A stretch of DNA of 64,000 nucleotides from an uncultured Candidatus Saccharibacteria bacterium (GCA_964576615.1 CAZNUU010000001.1:31309-95308), one strand, 5' to 3'; shown: positions 47,634-58,398, numbered from the stretch's first letter. The notes: generated by a model from the letters alone, not told the origin. Made by a program: numbers and translations.

Positions 47634-47852
47634 TTAAACCCTCTTGACTATGCGTCCCTTACCGCCGTACGGATCGATTTCAACAATTACTTTGTCGCCT
47701 ACTAGGACTCGAATCCTATGAAGCCTCATTTTCCCAGAAAGATACGTGAGCATTTCTTCTCCAGTATCATTCCGTTTTACTCGAAAGAAAGTGTTTGGCA
47801 ATGCTTCAGTCACTTGGGCTTCTACGACTTCAGCTTTGTTTTGGCTTGGCAT
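47634..47852 (-). CDS. infA: Translation initiation factor IF-1
   Basis: 72 aa S1-like OB fold ([46 protein letters not shown]). Confidence 0.9.
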   Translation of the reverse strand: MPSQNKAEVVEAQVTEALPNTFFRVKRNDTGEEMLTYLSGKMRLHRIRVLVGDKVIVEIDPYGGKGRIVKRV

Positions 47853-47918
47853 TAATTTTATCCAAATTCAATCTTTTGAAATAATTTCCGTGACGTCGTG
47901 ATTCTAGCAGAAATAGCC

Positions 47919-49289
47919 TTATTTCGTCAAGGTATTTACGAGGGTAACTTTACTTGAATCCTTTGGTATTGTCTGGTTCCAAAATGGTCGGGTTTCGATC
48001 CACGCTTCCTTGATACTACCGTAGGTTCCAATGATAGATCTGGCATCTTTTTTCGATAGACCCAGAAGGTCAGATTTTAGCTTGTTTTCATCAAAAACCC
48101 AGACAAAATCAGCGTTACCTTTTAGAGTGAAATTGAGAGTAGAGTCTGTGCTTGGATTAAACGGTAACTCAACAAATTCTAGAGAACTGAGATTTGTTAT
48201 TTTCACAATATTATCCAAGACATCTGGCATTATCTTCCCAGAAATAACTCTAGTTAAGGCGCCCTTATCAATAATTATTCCGGTAGCAGTTCCCCTTTTT
48301 CGGATAGTTGCCTTGGAAGAGCTCGCCTCAGTTGTAACTTGAGTAGCTGGTTCAAATTTGTAAGTTAGTGATTGGCTGTATAAAACAAAATTATCAGGGA
48401 TCTGTGAAGAAATATCCTTAGCCAGTGAAGCCTTTAGCGTATTTTCAAGGGTAGCCTCGGCGCCTACCATTGCCTCTTTACCTACTACCTTTTGCATGCC
48501 TACAAAACCACCTGTCATCTCTGTCTTTGACCTGGCATAGATATCTTTAAAACGAGGGTCCCCTTTAAACCCCGGAACTGTGAAATCTTTAAGGCCGATA
48601 TTATACGCAGTGCCAGCTTTATCTGCCTGGACGACTGCTTCTATACTACCGGCAACAGTTTTTCCATTCTGAGTAATTTTCCCCGGAATGGTTACTCCAG
48701 TTATGATTCTGAAAACTAAGCCTTCCGGTGTCTCAAATCTAGTGGTAGCTACTAATTTCTGTGGAGCAGTGCTGTAATTATTGTAGATTATTATTTTACC
48801 CTGGGCTTTGTTCGAGACCTGTTGTTCACTTTGAGCATCCACAGTCGAGTCTAGATCTTTTGAAGTAGAGACTAGTTGAAATCCCAAGATGTTGCCGGTT
48901 GCATCTTTTTTGGCAGTGAAACTTTCATTTACCACAACCATTTCCTCTTTAGGCGTAACTTTTATTTGAGCACTTTTGAAAAAAGCAGAAAGACCAAAAA
49001 GTACCACAACGACAAGTATTGCGATCGATCCATAGACCCAATAATTTCTAGGTTTCTTTGAACCCTCGTATTGGTAATCATAATTTTGGGCTGGTGGCTT
49101 ATATACGGGTGGCGGTGGAGCCTGGACTGGAACAACTGGTGCAGGTTTTTTGAGAAGTGGTTCGCGCGGTACAGTGTAGTCGAGGACTTCTGGGGTTTCT
49201 TTTTCAGGAAGCCGACTTCTTTCGGGAGCTTTTATACTCCGGATTGATTTTCTAGGAGGTATTACATCTTGAACTACATTTTTTTTCAT
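47919..49289 (-). CDS. Hypothetical membrane-anchored protein with Pro-rich N-terminus
   Basis: Pro-rich region, single TM helix, long extracytoplasmic beta-rich domain. No recognisable motif. Confidence 0.4.
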   Translation of the reverse strand: MKKNVVQDVIPPRKSIRSIKAPERSRLPEKETPEVLDYTVPREPLLKKPAPVVPVQAPPPPVYKPPAQNYDYQYEGSKKPRNYWVYGSIAILVVVVLFGLSAFFKSAQIKVTPKEEMVVVNESFTAKKDATGNILGFQLVSTSKDLDSTVDAQSEQQVSNKAQGKIIIYNNYSTAPQKLVATTRFETPEGLVFRIITGVTIPGKITQNGKTVAGSIEAVVQADKAGTAYNIGLKDFTVPGFKGDPRFKDIYARSKTEMTGGFVGMQKVVGKEAMVGAEATLENTLKASLAKDISSQIPDNFVLYSQSLTYKFEPATQVTTEASSSKATIRKRGTATGIIIDKGALTRVISGKIMPDVLDNIVKITNLSSLEFVELPFNPSTDSTLNFTLKGNADFVWVFDENKLKSDLLGLSKKDARSIIGTYGSIKEAWIETRPFWNQTIPKDSSKVTLVNTLTK

Positions 49290-49352
49290 CTTTGAGCTTC
49301 AATATAAATATGTATTATTGTATTACATATTTTTTTTATTGCAAAATCACAC

Positions 49353-50537
49353 TCATTCATTAAATATTTTTTTATAGAAGATTGACTCAATCTCCAGAAA
49401 TTCATCTTCCTCTACAAATGCACTGACATCACACAGCCCTTGGAGTTCTTCGTGGCCAATTTTTGTTACATTTACCTGCTTTCTAAAAGCTCCTGTCGAG
49501 TCTGTCTTTGAGAGCTTAATAAAATCAGAATAAATATCTGAGACATCACTATCTGAGGTAATATAGATAAGTCCTGGCAAAGTCATGGCGGGCGACAACT
49601 CTCCCAGAGCGCTTTCAAAATAAATTGACCACTCCTTTTCTACATTAGATAGAACTTTGAGAGTAGCATCATTTGATACGTCATCCATATCCTTGTTGTT
49701 AAATTGGTGAAGCATTGAAAGAGCAATATCATAAGTTGCCCCAGTAGATTTGGCCAACTGTCTTATAATAAAGTTTTTTCCAGAAGGAAATGAAACGCTT
49801 TTTTCGATAACATTATTATTCACCAAAGTCAGATCGGTCACATCCGCGCTTATATCCATTAAAATAAAACTGGAGTTGCCAGGATACATATCACGCAGTA
49901 TTGAAAATGAGATTAGGGGAAAAGTATGTAGTAGTATGTCATGCCTCGAGACATTGACATGTTTCAGAATTGAATCCAGAACGGAATCTGCTACGTTTTT
50001 TTCTATCGCAGATAAACACAAAAAAGCATCGAAACTTTTTGTCTTCTGACCTATATTATTCTCAATGATATAACCATTTATTTTAGTGTGCACAATGCTT
50101 TTCTCGATGACCTTAAATTCCCCTCCTGATGTCGATCCTTTTTTCAAATCGTCAGTAAATACCCTCTCCTCTTTTCCCACAATATCGTCTAAGAATTCTT
50201 GAGATATCAAAAAGGGTCTATCTTGTGTTAGTTGTAGATGTTTAGTCTTTAAGACAAACCAAGGAGAGGAGAAACTGACTAGGACACCAGAGATTTTTTT
50301 CTCTCCTGCTTTCTTTATTCCTTCTCTAAGCACATCTGTAAGTACCTCACCAACTAACAAAGGCAGATCTTCCACCAGTCTTCCCGGATCCGGCGTCTCT
50401 AAAATACTGAGTGGCAAACGAACAGTGTAAGCAATATTTGGCTTTGTGTTTTTACTTAAAGCAAGAAGTGCGCCGCCTACTGTTCCATTTCCAATATCAA
50501 TTATTAATAGAGTCTCTTCGTTACTAAAAATAGCCAT
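49353..50537 (-). CDS. Hypothetical protein, possible actin-like ATPase fold (PilM/FtsA-like)
   Basis: N-terminal LLIIDIGNGTVGGALL resembles the phosphate-1 motif of ASKHA ATPases. Weak evidence. Confidence 0.3.
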   Translation of the reverse strand: MAIFSNEETLLIIDIGNGTVGGALLALSKNTKPNIAYTVRLPLSILETPDPGRLVEDLPLLVGEVLTDVLREGIKKAGEKKISGVLVSFSSPWFVLKTKHLQLTQDRPFLISQEFLDDIVGKEERVFTDDLKKGSTSGGEFKVIEKSIVHTKINGYIIENNIGQKTKSFDAFLCLSAIEKNVADSVLDSILKHVNVSRHDILLHTFPLISFSILRDMYPGNSSFILMDISADVTDLTLVNNNVIEKSVSFPSGKNFIIRQLAKSTGATYDIALSMLHQFNNKDMDDVSNDATLKVLSNVEKEWSIYFESALGELSPAMTLPGLIYITSDSDVSDIYSDFIKLSKTDSTGAFRKQVNVTKIGHEELQGLCDVSAFVEEDEFLEIESIFYKKIFNE

Positions 50538-50546
50538 AGATAAGGC

Positions 50547-52160
50547 TTATTCTAACACAGCTTTTATACGCCTTACACCAGAGGAAACCGCTTCTTCCTT
50601 CTGGATTTTAAAATGTCCCAATACAAATGTATTTTTAACATGGGGTCCCCCACAAAATTCTTTGGAATAGGCCCCCTCTAATGAATCGCCTATATAATAA
50701 ATACTAACCTCATCACCGTATTTTTCTTGGAAAAAGTGTAAAGCCCCAGTTTTTTCTGCCTCCGCCCTGCTTAGGACAACATTGTTCACAGCTAATCCCT
50801 CTTTTATCTTTGAGTTCACAATATCTTCAACTTTCTTTTTTTCATCATCTGTCATTTTTCGAGGATAGGAGAAATCAAATCGTAGTCTATCCGGAGTAAT
50901 ATTGCTACCTTTCTGCTCAACCTCCTTACCTAAAACATCTCTCAGCGCCTGGTGAAGTAAGTGTGTGGCAGTGTGGTATTTTGTTTCCATCTCTCCTGTG
51001 CTGGCTAGGCCGCCTTTGAATTTTTGCTCCGCACCGGCACGTGAAAGTTCTTGGTGGTTTTTAAATTCATCCCAGAACTTCTGTTCATCAATAGTTCGCC
51101 CTTTTTCCTTGGCTAACTCTTTTGTTAACTCGAGCGGAAACCCATAACTAGTAAAAAGCACAAACGGGTCAGTACCCTTTTCAAATTCCTTAAGTCCATC
51201 GTTTAATGTTTTTTTAAATCTTTCTTCTTCTCTTTGTATCTCGTTAATATTTTCAAGTGCATATACTCCACTATAAATTTTTTGAATTTTTTCGATTTCA
51301 GTTGCCAAGGTATCTTTTGCTAACCTGACAGCTCTTCTAATCAGTCTCCTTAGGATGTATCCGCTGCCAACATTTGAAGGGACTACACCATCATTTATCA
51401 TAAAAAGAGCTGCTTTAACATGATCAGCGATCACTCTCTCCTCCTTTGTCCTCTCTCCATTAAATAAATCTGTCTCAAATACATTCTTTTTATTCTGAAC
51501 CTGAACCAAAAGCCTCTCGAGGCCCATACCTGTATCTATACCTTTAGTTTTAAGTGGTTCATATATCCCACCTTTGGTTTTATAATATTCGTTAAAAACA
51601 ATATTCCAGATCTCCACACTATTTATATATATCTCCGTAGTTGGCCCACAAGGCCCTTCCTCCCCTGTTGGCCCCCAGAAGTTGTCTTCTTTTTTATGTT
51701 CTCGAATATCCAAATTCGGATCTATGGACTGCCAAATCCCTCTTGACTCCTCATCGGCTGGAATACCACTCTCATCATCTCTAAATATAGATACATAATC
51801 TATTTTTAATCCAAGTTCTTTGGTTATAAATTCGTGTGCGTACTCTATTGCCTCTTTTTTCCAATACCCACCGAAGGAAAAGTTACCTAACATTTCAAAA
51901 AAAGTCAGATGTGTATCGTCCCCCACCTCATCAATATCTGAGGTACGAACACATTTTTGAACCGATACTGTGTTTTTTGATCCAAAGTCGACGACGGGAT
52001 CTTTCTCCCCGGTATAATATTTCTTGAACTGTTGCATCCCGGCAGTAGTAAAAAGTACCGATGAGTCATTCTGCGGCACAAGCGAAGATGACGGCACTAT
52101 TGTATGATCTTTCTGCTCAAAAAAATTTAAAAACTTTTCTCTAATCTCGCGTGAAGTCAT
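50547..52160 (-). CDS. alaS: Alanyl-tRNA synthetase, short form (537 aa)
   Basis: N-terminal class II AlaRS catalytic core (FTTAGMQQFK). Editing-type motifs HTATHLLHQAL and CGGPHV. Lacks most of the C-terminal extension of canonical AlaRS. Confidence 0.7.
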   Translation of the reverse strand: MTSREIREKFLNFFEQKDHTIVPSSSLVPQNDSSVLFTTAGMQQFKKYYTGEKDPVVDFGSKNTVSVQKCVRTSDIDEVGDDTHLTFFEMLGNFSFGGYWKKEAIEYAHEFITKELGLKIDYVSIFRDDESGIPADEESRGIWQSIDPNLDIREHKKEDNFWGPTGEEGPCGPTTEIYINSVEIWNIVFNEYYKTKGGIYEPLKTKGIDTGMGLERLLVQVQNKKNVFETDLFNGERTKEERVIADHVKAALFMINDGVVPSNVGSGYILRRLIRRAVRLAKDTLATEIEKIQKIYSGVYALENINEIQREEERFKKTLNDGLKEFEKGTDPFVLFTSYGFPLELTKELAKEKGRTIDEQKFWDEFKNHQELSRAGAEQKFKGGLASTGEMETKYHTATHLLHQALRDVLGKEVEQKGSNITPDRLRFDFSYPRKMTDDEKKKVEDIVNSKIKEGLAVNNVVLSRAEAEKTGALHFFQEKYGDEVSIYYIGDSLEGAYSKEFCGGPHVKNTFVLGHFKIQKEEAVSSGVRRIKAVLE

Positions 52161-52765
52161 ATATATTTTTTCAAAACTTGAAAATCAGCCAGAATAGTTT
52201 CCTTGTTGCCTCCGGTATAAAGCGCTACAGCTGGGTGATAAAGGGGCACTATTGTAATGGAGCCATACTCAGCTTTCGCCACAAATTCTTTACCATGTAG
52301 TTCACTAATCTGTCCAACTTGAGATGAGAGGCCAAAGTGATTCATGATGTATGACATCGAAAATCTTCCAAGGGTTGCAATAACTCTCGGCTGGATTATG
52401 GCAATTTGCTCGTCAAGAAAGGGGGCGTAGAGTTTTATTTCCTCTGGTGAAGGATCACGATTTTCTGGTGGCCTATCCTTAACCACATTAGTTATATAGA
52501 CGTCACTTCTGTTTAGTTTTATTGAATCTAGCATCTCATCTAATACTTTTCCGGATTTTCCACAAAATGGCCTTGCAGTCTCTGCTTCATTTTTCCCTGG
52601 AGCCTCACCTATAAACATTATATGAGCCATGTGACTGCCCTCGCCCACCACAGGGAAAAATTTATTTTTCATTCGGTATTCGTAAAGAGGTGAATCCTTG
52701 AAATGCCAAAGCCTATCCCGAATATCTTTCATTTTTTCAAATTTTTCCTCTAGGGTAAGTGACAT
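52157..52765 (-). CDS. Uracil-DNA glycosylase, family 4
   Basis: FIGEAPGKNEAETARPFCGKSGKVL family-4 motif A. C-terminal motif B region (HPAVALY). Confidence 0.75.
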   Translation of the reverse strand: MSLTLEEKFEKMKDIRDRLWHFKDSPLYEYRMKNKFFPVVGEGSHMAHIMFIGEAPGKNEAETARPFCGKSGKVLDEMLDSIKLNRSDVYITNVVKDRPPENRDPSPEEIKLYAPFLDEQIAIIQPRVIATLGRFSMSYIMNHFGLSSQVGQISELHGKEFVAKAEYGSITIVPLYHPAVALYTGGNKETILADFQVLKKYI

Positions 52766-52773
52766 ATTATAAG

Positions 52774-53607
52774 TTAAAGTCCCTCAATCTCATCTAGAAC
52801 TTTTTTCTGATCATCTTTGGAGACACCAACTGCTTCCAGTAAATCTGGATTATCGACTAAAGTCTGGCACAAGACAATCCCTTGCTCAAGAAGTGCTCTT
52901 TTTTCGTGTCCACTTAAATGAACCAAACAAGTTAGGGGATGAAGTCTTTGCTCCAGTATTATGTCATGGAGATTACCCTTGGGTGGGTAATTCCAACCAA
53001 CCATAACCAAACCGCCCTGACACATACCATATTCAATAGCTGTAGTTGTAAATTTAGTATTAGTGACTAGCCAGGCCTCATTCAAGCTCCTCTCCTTGCC
53101 ATAATTAAAAGTCACTTTTGCGAGATCATCGAAACGAGCTTTCACGTACAAGACCACTTTTAAGTCGGACTTCACCCCCAGCTCATTATGAAACTTTGCT
53201 TCAACCATGATTAATTTTTCATCATTCCAAGCAACAACATCAATTTCGTGCTCCACGCAAAAACCTTTGACGATTTGACCCGATTTCGCCTCAAAACCTC
53301 TTTTTCGAAAGATCTCCGCGACATAATCCTCAAAGGGAAACCCGGAAGGTCCAAGATCAAGAATAGCTCTCTTCAAGGAATACTTTAGGGCGGCAGGGTG
53401 CTCGTATTTATGTAGAAGCTCAAAGGCGTGCTTGTAGATGTCGTGGGTTGTAATGTCTTGTTTTAGGTGAGCACTGATATGCTTTAAAATTTCACCAATT
53501 GCAACGCTATTTGCACCAGCGTGCTTCAAAGAATACTCGAGTTTATTTACATCAAATGGCTCACGATTACCGTTAGCCTTGGTAACAAAAATAGTCTTCG
53601 GATCCAT
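52774..53607 (-). CDS. ATP-cone domain fused to restriction-endonuclease-like (PD-(D/E)xK, Mrr-cat-like) domain
   Basis: N-terminal IFVTKANGNREPFDVNKLEYSL is ATP-cone-like. C-terminal EIDVVAW...VEAKFH is a PD-ExK-like core. Start taken at the internal Met at 53607. Confidence 0.45.
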   Translation of the reverse strand: MDPKTIFVTKANGNREPFDVNKLEYSLKHAGANSVAIGEILKHISAHLKQDITTHDIYKHAFELLHKYEHPAALKYSLKRAILDLGPSGFPFEDYVAEIFRKRGFEAKSGQIVKGFCVEHEIDVVAWNDEKLIMVEAKFHNELGVKSDLKVVLYVKARFDDLAKVTFNYGKERSLNEAWLVTNTKFTTTAIEYGMCQGGLVMVGWNYPPKGNLHDIILEQRLHPLTCLVHLSGHEKRALLEQGIVLCQTLVDNPDLLEAVGVSKDDQKKVLDEIEGL

Positions 53608-53615
53608 AAAATTTA

Positions 53616-54695
53616 TTATCTCACAGCTTCTATTATTCCTCCACCAAGGCAAATATCTGCGTCATATAATACAGCTGACTGACCTACCGAAATTGCACTC
53701 TGCCTAGCCATAAAAATAATAGCCCAGCCTTCATGCGTTTTTTTAATTGAGCATTCTTGCTTATCCTGTCTATATCTTATCCTAACGGAAATAATTTCAG
53801 GCAAAGTATGTACCCCAGAGATTATGTTTAGTTCTTTTATCAAAATGGACTTTGCCGAAAACACACTTTCCACCTCTTTTTCCTTATTTGCCACAGTAAT
53901 TGTATTCTCGTTCAAATTCTTAGCAATTACGAAGTACCTAGGATCTTCCGGTGTTTTTTTAGATATAGTAAAACCATGCCTTTCCCCTATAGCAAAAAGG
54001 AGTGCACCAGCGTGCTTGCCAACGACTTCACCTTTCACATTTAGAACATTGCCCTCTTTTGTCTTAATATAATGTTTTAAGAAATCTTTCATATCGACTT
54101 TCCCTATAAAGCAAAGGCCTTGGCTGTCCTTCTTCTCCGCAGTAGGTAAACGGAATTTCCTAGCAAGATCTCTCACCTCACTTTTTTTCATCCCCCCTAC
54201 AGGGAAAAAGGTGTGACTCAATTCTGCCTGAGTCAACGTGTACAGAAAATAACTTTGATCCTTTTCTTGGTCGACGGATTCCTGAAGCTCGAATACACCA
54301 CCCACTTTTCTTATTTGAGCATAATGTCCCGTAGCAATAAAATCCGCTCCCATCTCTTTTGCTCTTTTGAGAAATGCTCCAAATTTTATATATTTATTAC
54401 AAAATACATCTGGATTCGGAACTCGTCCCAAACTGTATTCTCTAACCATATAATCCACCACTTCTTCTTTGTATTCTTTTTCTAAATCAATGGTCAAAAA
54501 TGGCACACCTAAGGTTGCACAAACTCGCATAGCACTTCTCCTTTCTTCTTTCCAATTACAAGGAAGCCAAGCTGGATTCCAGACCTTTAGAAAAACACCT
54601 GTAACGTCGTAACCTGCTTTTTGAAGTAGGGCTAAAGAAACAGAGCTATCAACTCCTCCCGAGACACCCACAAAGACCTTTTTCACCTGCGACAT
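53616..54695 (-). CDS. mnmA: tRNA-specific 2-thiouridylase
   Basis: PP-loop VGVSGGVDSSV. MnmA layout with catalytic Cys residues (CNKYIKFGAFL, GLCFIGK). Confidence 0.85.
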   Translation of the reverse strand: MSQVKKVFVGVSGGVDSSVSLALLQKAGYDVTGVFLKVWNPAWLPCNWKEERRSAMRVCATLGVPFLTIDLEKEYKEEVVDYMVREYSLGRVPNPDVFCNKYIKFGAFLKRAKEMGADFIATGHYAQIRKVGGVFELQESVDQEKDQSYFLYTLTQAELSHTFFPVGGMKKSEVRDLARKFRLPTAEKKDSQGLCFIGKVDMKDFLKHYIKTKEGNVLNVKGEVVGKHAGALLFAIGERHGFTISKKTPEDPRYFVIAKNLNENTITVANKEKEVESVFSAKSILIKELNIISGVHTLPEIISVRIRYRQDKQECSIKKTHEGWAIIFMARQSAISVGQSAVLYDADICLGGGIIEAVR

Positions 54696-54761
54696 GGCGC
54701 CAGTTTATCATACTTGTTGACAAATAAGCATTTTTGATTAATTTTATTTTAGGAGGTGACT

Positions 54762-54998
54762 GTGAGATTTAGCGAGATAAAGCAGTGGCAAATAATAGTC
54801 ACTGCCTCGATCGGGCCATTTCCCGGCTACACCAAATGGAAGAAGACTTCCGTAAATCATGCAGAGTGGGCAGGGTTTGACAGCCTGCCACCTGGGGTGA
54901 GTAAGGAAGAAATGCTCTCTAGTCGCGGCAAAGTTCTCGAGCTTGGCTTCGAAGAAGAAGTCAGTCTCGCCGGAATGGCACGTTATAACTTCAGATAA
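54762..54998 (+). CDS. Hypothetical small protein (GC-moderate cassette with SD)
   Basis: AGGAGG at 54751-56. GTG at 54762 is preferred over the track start at 54756. The hairpin ggcacgttat...ataacgtgcc spans the stop codon. Confidence 0.3.
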   Translation: MRFSEIKQWQIIVTASIGPFPGYTKWKKTSVNHAEWAGFDSLPPGVSKEEMLSSRGKVLELGFEEEVSLAGMARYNFR

Positions 54999-55008
54999 CG
55001 TGCCATTT

Positions 55009-55983
55009 TCATTTTAGATAAAGTTCTCGATTTTTCTTGTGCTGCTCGAACGTGGTGGCATAATGAATTACCCCATCTTTGCCAGAAAGATAGTATAAAT
55101 ACTTGTTCTTCAGTGGATTAATTGCTGCAAATATCGCATCCGTACCAGGATTTCCAATCGGCGTTGGAGGTAAGCCACGATAGAGATAAGTATTATATGG
55201 TGAGTTAATTTTTAAGTCTTCAGCAGTTAAGTCATAGGTGTTTTTTCCATTTATATACAAAAAAGTAGAATCGACTTGAAGAGCTAGCCCGAGCGATATT
55301 CTCCTCCACAAAATGTCCGAAATCATTTGTCTATCTTTCGTTGTGGGAGCCTCATCTTCGAGAATTGAGGCCATGGTAATTATGTCACTTAATTTGCGTG
55401 TCGTTGTTCCAATCCCTGGCACTTTTACAATTTTTTCCTGAAATGTTTTTTTCATTCTAGAAATAATGTCCTCAGATCTAACAGCTGATGAAACAAAATA
55501 AGTATCTGGGAATAAATAGCCTTCTTCTGGTTTAGCCAATTTTATAAAGTATGTTTTGTCAAAACTAATTAAAGTCTTTTTGAGATGATCCGCAATCTGA
55601 AATGTATTCCAGCCTTCAGGAATGGTAATTTTGACCGTAGGCAAATTAAACTGCCCGTGAACTAGCCTGTACGCAATATCTGCAGTACCCTCTTTTTTAT
55701 CCAGCAAATAATCTCCAGCAATGACCCTTCTTTCTCCACCTTGTAGAATGACGTGTATCCTAAAAACAAAAGGTGATTTTATGACAGATTTGTAATGTAA
55801 ATATGTCGCGATCTCTTGAAGTGATTCACCTGGAATTATTGTTATAACTTCACCTTGAGGAAAATTTATAGGAGCCGCGTGAAAATAAATCCATACTCCA
55901 AGCAAAATAAATAAACTGAAGCCAAGTACTGTGTACTTTTTTTTCTCATCCCAACGTGGCTGTTTCAACACTTCCTCATTCAT
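55009..55983 (-). CDS. mltG: Endolytic murein transglycosylase MltG/YceG family
   Basis: N-terminal TM helix and the YceG-like domain pattern (GEVITIIPGESLQEIATYL ... LPTVKITIPEGWN). 324 aa. Confidence 0.65.
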   Translation of the reverse strand: MNEEVLKQPRWDEKKKYTVLGFSLFILLGVWIYFHAAPINFPQGEVITIIPGESLQEIATYLHYKSVIKSPFVFRIHVILQGGERRVIAGDYLLDKKEGTADIAYRLVHGQFNLPTVKITIPEGWNTFQIADHLKKTLISFDKTYFIKLAKPEEGYLFPDTYFVSSAVRSEDIISRMKKTFQEKIVKVPGIGTTTRKLSDIITMASILEDEAPTTKDRQMISDILWRRISLGLALQVDSTFLYINGKNTYDLTAEDLKINSPYNTYLYRGLPPTPIGNPGTDAIFAAINPLKNKYLYYLSGKDGVIHYATTFEQHKKNRELYLK

Positions 55984-55986
55984 AAT

Positions 55987-57306
55987 TTAAACAGGAAGAT
56001 TAGGGGGAGCTTCGACTTTCCTTGATTCAATACGTGAGAAAGTAGGAGTAGTTGATACCTGTCCAGGAAAATGAAAAATAGTTGCTAATTCTTCGCTATT
56101 TAAAATAAAAGGCGGACTCTTATGAGGTTTATAAAAATACATTCTTCTCTTATAGGCATCTAACATCCATCTTCTTTCAGCATCACGTTTTTTTTCACTC
56201 CTTTTTTTCCAAGCCAATAGAAAATGCGAGAATCTTTCGTCTGAACCCCTAGCAGGCTTAAAGCCATTTGAGGAAGAATTAAAATGGGTAATTCCTCCAA
56301 TTATTCCACCAAGATTGGTAATCTGGAAAATATCTTTTGGTGCAGTGTAAATCATCCTTATACCCACATCAAAACCTGGTTTAGAGGTACTACGATCAAG
56401 GGCCGCCATAGTCTCCTTTTCCAGCTCAGTTAACTGTCTACCTGTGCCAGGGACAAATTTTCCATCGGGACCAACTTCACCTTTGGCGCCCTTGATAATG
56501 CCTTTTATCTCTTCCTCGGCAGCTTTTTTCCATTTTAGGTCAACCAACTTCCCAGAACCTTCCGGATCTTTATCTTCAGCCTTATGAGCACGCAAAATAA
56601 TCTGAATCCATACCTGATTGCCCCGCGATAAGCTCCCCAGAAATTCAATAAGCGGAGTCATTGGGTCGATTTTATATTCTTCCTTAGGATCTCTGTCCAA
56701 CCCATAATCAATATAGGTTTTAATCGGATAGGCATCTTTGTTGTTTAAGTCAAACTCTGTGGCATAAAGTGTATTTATCTCTGGGTTATAGTCATAAGTT
56801 GTTACGTAATCAGGTACTTCAAATATTTCTATGCCAGGGTACTGGGAATAGAGATTAGCTTCAATTTGAGCCCGATGGCCAGTTTTTGTCCAAATAAAGA
56901 AATGCACGACTCCATCAATGGAGACTATCTCGAGCGAAAACCAGGACCTGACTTGCCCTTTCCACCATTTTTCATACCAGTTCTTCTCGCCAACCGTCTG
57001 GTATAAACCATTCATAAAAAACTCTGCCGCCTGGGGGGATTTGTAAACTTCCCGCGGTACTTTTATTTCTAGTAAAACAAATGTTTGCTTCCCAAAATAT
57101 AGAGCTCTAACCCACTGAAGCCACAGTTCCCAGATAAGAACAGCGAGCGCAAGCGGAACTAAAACATAGGAAGCGTAGTATAGATACTTGAGAGTAAGAA
57201 TTAACTTCGGATTTGCAAAAAAGCCGAAAAATAATTGAAACATATGAAAATTATAACAAGAATCCCACTCCCAAGTCGAGCTAAGATATTTCCAGAACAC
57301 CCGCAC
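55987..57306 (-). CDS. Hypothetical membrane protein (439 aa)
   Basis: Two N-terminal TM helices and a large soluble domain. No recognisable motif. Confidence 0.4.
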   Translation of the reverse strand: MRVFWKYLSSTWEWDSCYNFHMFQLFFGFFANPKLILTLKYLYYASYVLVPLALAVLIWELWLQWVRALYFGKQTFVLLEIKVPREVYKSPQAAEFFMNGLYQTVGEKNWYEKWWKGQVRSWFSLEIVSIDGVVHFFIWTKTGHRAQIEANLYSQYPGIEIFEVPDYVTTYDYNPEINTLYATEFDLNNKDAYPIKTYIDYGLDRDPKEEYKIDPMTPLIEFLGSLSRGNQVWIQIILRAHKAEDKDPEGSGKLVDLKWKKAAEEEIKGIIKGAKGEVGPDGKFVPGTGRQLTELEKETMAALDRSTSKPGFDVGIRMIYTAPKDIFQITNLGGIIGGITHFNSSSNGFKPARGSDERFSHFLLAWKKRSEKKRDAERRWMLDAYKRRMYFYKPHKSPPFILNSEELATIFHFPGQVSTTPTFSRIESRKVEAPPNLPV

Positions 57307-57360
57307 GAACTTTTCGCTGGAAAAGCAAACGGCTCTAGTAAGTGCTCTGGCGAGTAAGCT

Positions 57361-58398
57361 TTACGCAACTGCGTATTTGCCGTCTTTTAGTTTCTTGAAA
57401 TACTTTGGATTTTGGAGATTGACCATTATCGTATTTTCCTTAACATATCTTTCCTTCAAGACTTTTTTAACAATTTCATCTTTGGTCATTGGCCCATTCT
57501 TTTCCAAAATAGATTTGATAACATCTTTTACAACCCCACTCATATAGCCCCACTCCGAAAGAGCGTACAGACCCCTTCCTACTAAGACAAACCTTGGATC
57601 TTTTATGAGTTCATTATGGGTAGTTGCAACATGTGCCTTTTTGTTAAATAACTCCGTAATAAGTTTTGCTACTTCTCTAAAATGAATCGGTGAACCGTGT
57701 CTACGAATAACTAGGTAAGCATAATCCCTCATGCCCTTGGCATTTATGTTAGAAGAATTTGTCTTCCCCCATTCCCCAAGTGGGTTTTTGTCTATGAGCT
57801 TTGAGAGAGAAAGCCACCTTTTTGCAATCTCCTCGTTCTTGTACTTATCAGAAATATCCTTCAAGTGACCCAAAAACTTCTCGATCATATCTGATTCCAG
57901 TAAAATCTCATCATCCGAGAGTGACGAATAAAGACTCCTGATTGCTCCATGGATTTTCTTCGACAATTCTTTATCGACTGTCCATCGGTGTTTAAATTCT
58001 AGATCTTCTTTCTCCTTTGAAAAGTCCTCGCCTACAACTAAAAGAAAATGGACTTGATTCTGGGTAGCCTTGTCTTTTGAAATATGTCGAAGCAAAACAT
58101 CTTCAGAAACAGTGTGACCTAATTCAGATACAACAGCTTTTAACTCTTCAAATACCGCCTTTTCTTTTTGGTATTCTTTTGATTTTCTAATATTTATAAC
58201 GGAATAGTTTTCGATCTGTCTTACTCTCTCTCGAGTAATCTTATACTTCTTACCAATGGCCTCTAGAGTCATTCTCTTGGTATCACTTCCAAGACCAAAT
58301 CGAGAGGTTATAACGTCTTGAGACCTGTCATTTAAGACAGAGAGTAGACGCTTTATTACCTGCTTTGGTTTAAACGTAATTGTGGTTTTTTCGGCCAT
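57361..58398 (-). CDS. Protein with N-terminal sigma-70 region-4-like HTH
   Basis: LEAIGKKYKITRERVRQIENYSV matches the sigma70 region 4.2 HTH signature (xTRERxRQIE). The rest is unassigned. Confidence 0.4.
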   Translation of the reverse strand: MAEKTTITFKPKQVIKRLLSVLNDRSQDVITSRFGLGSDTKRMTLEAIGKKYKITRERVRQIENYSVINIRKSKEYQKEKAVFEELKAVVSELGHTVSEDVLLRHISKDKATQNQVHFLLVVGEDFSKEKEDLEFKHRWTVDKELSKKIHGAIRSLYSSLSDDEILLESDMIEKFLGHLKDISDKYKNEEIAKRWLSLSKLIDKNPLGEWGKTNSSNINAKGMRDYAYLVIRRHGSPIHFREVAKLITELFNKKAHVATTHNELIKDPRFVLVGRGLYALSEWGYMSGVVKDVIKSILEKNGPMTKDEIVKKVLKERYVKENTIMVNLQNPKYFKKLKDGKYAVA

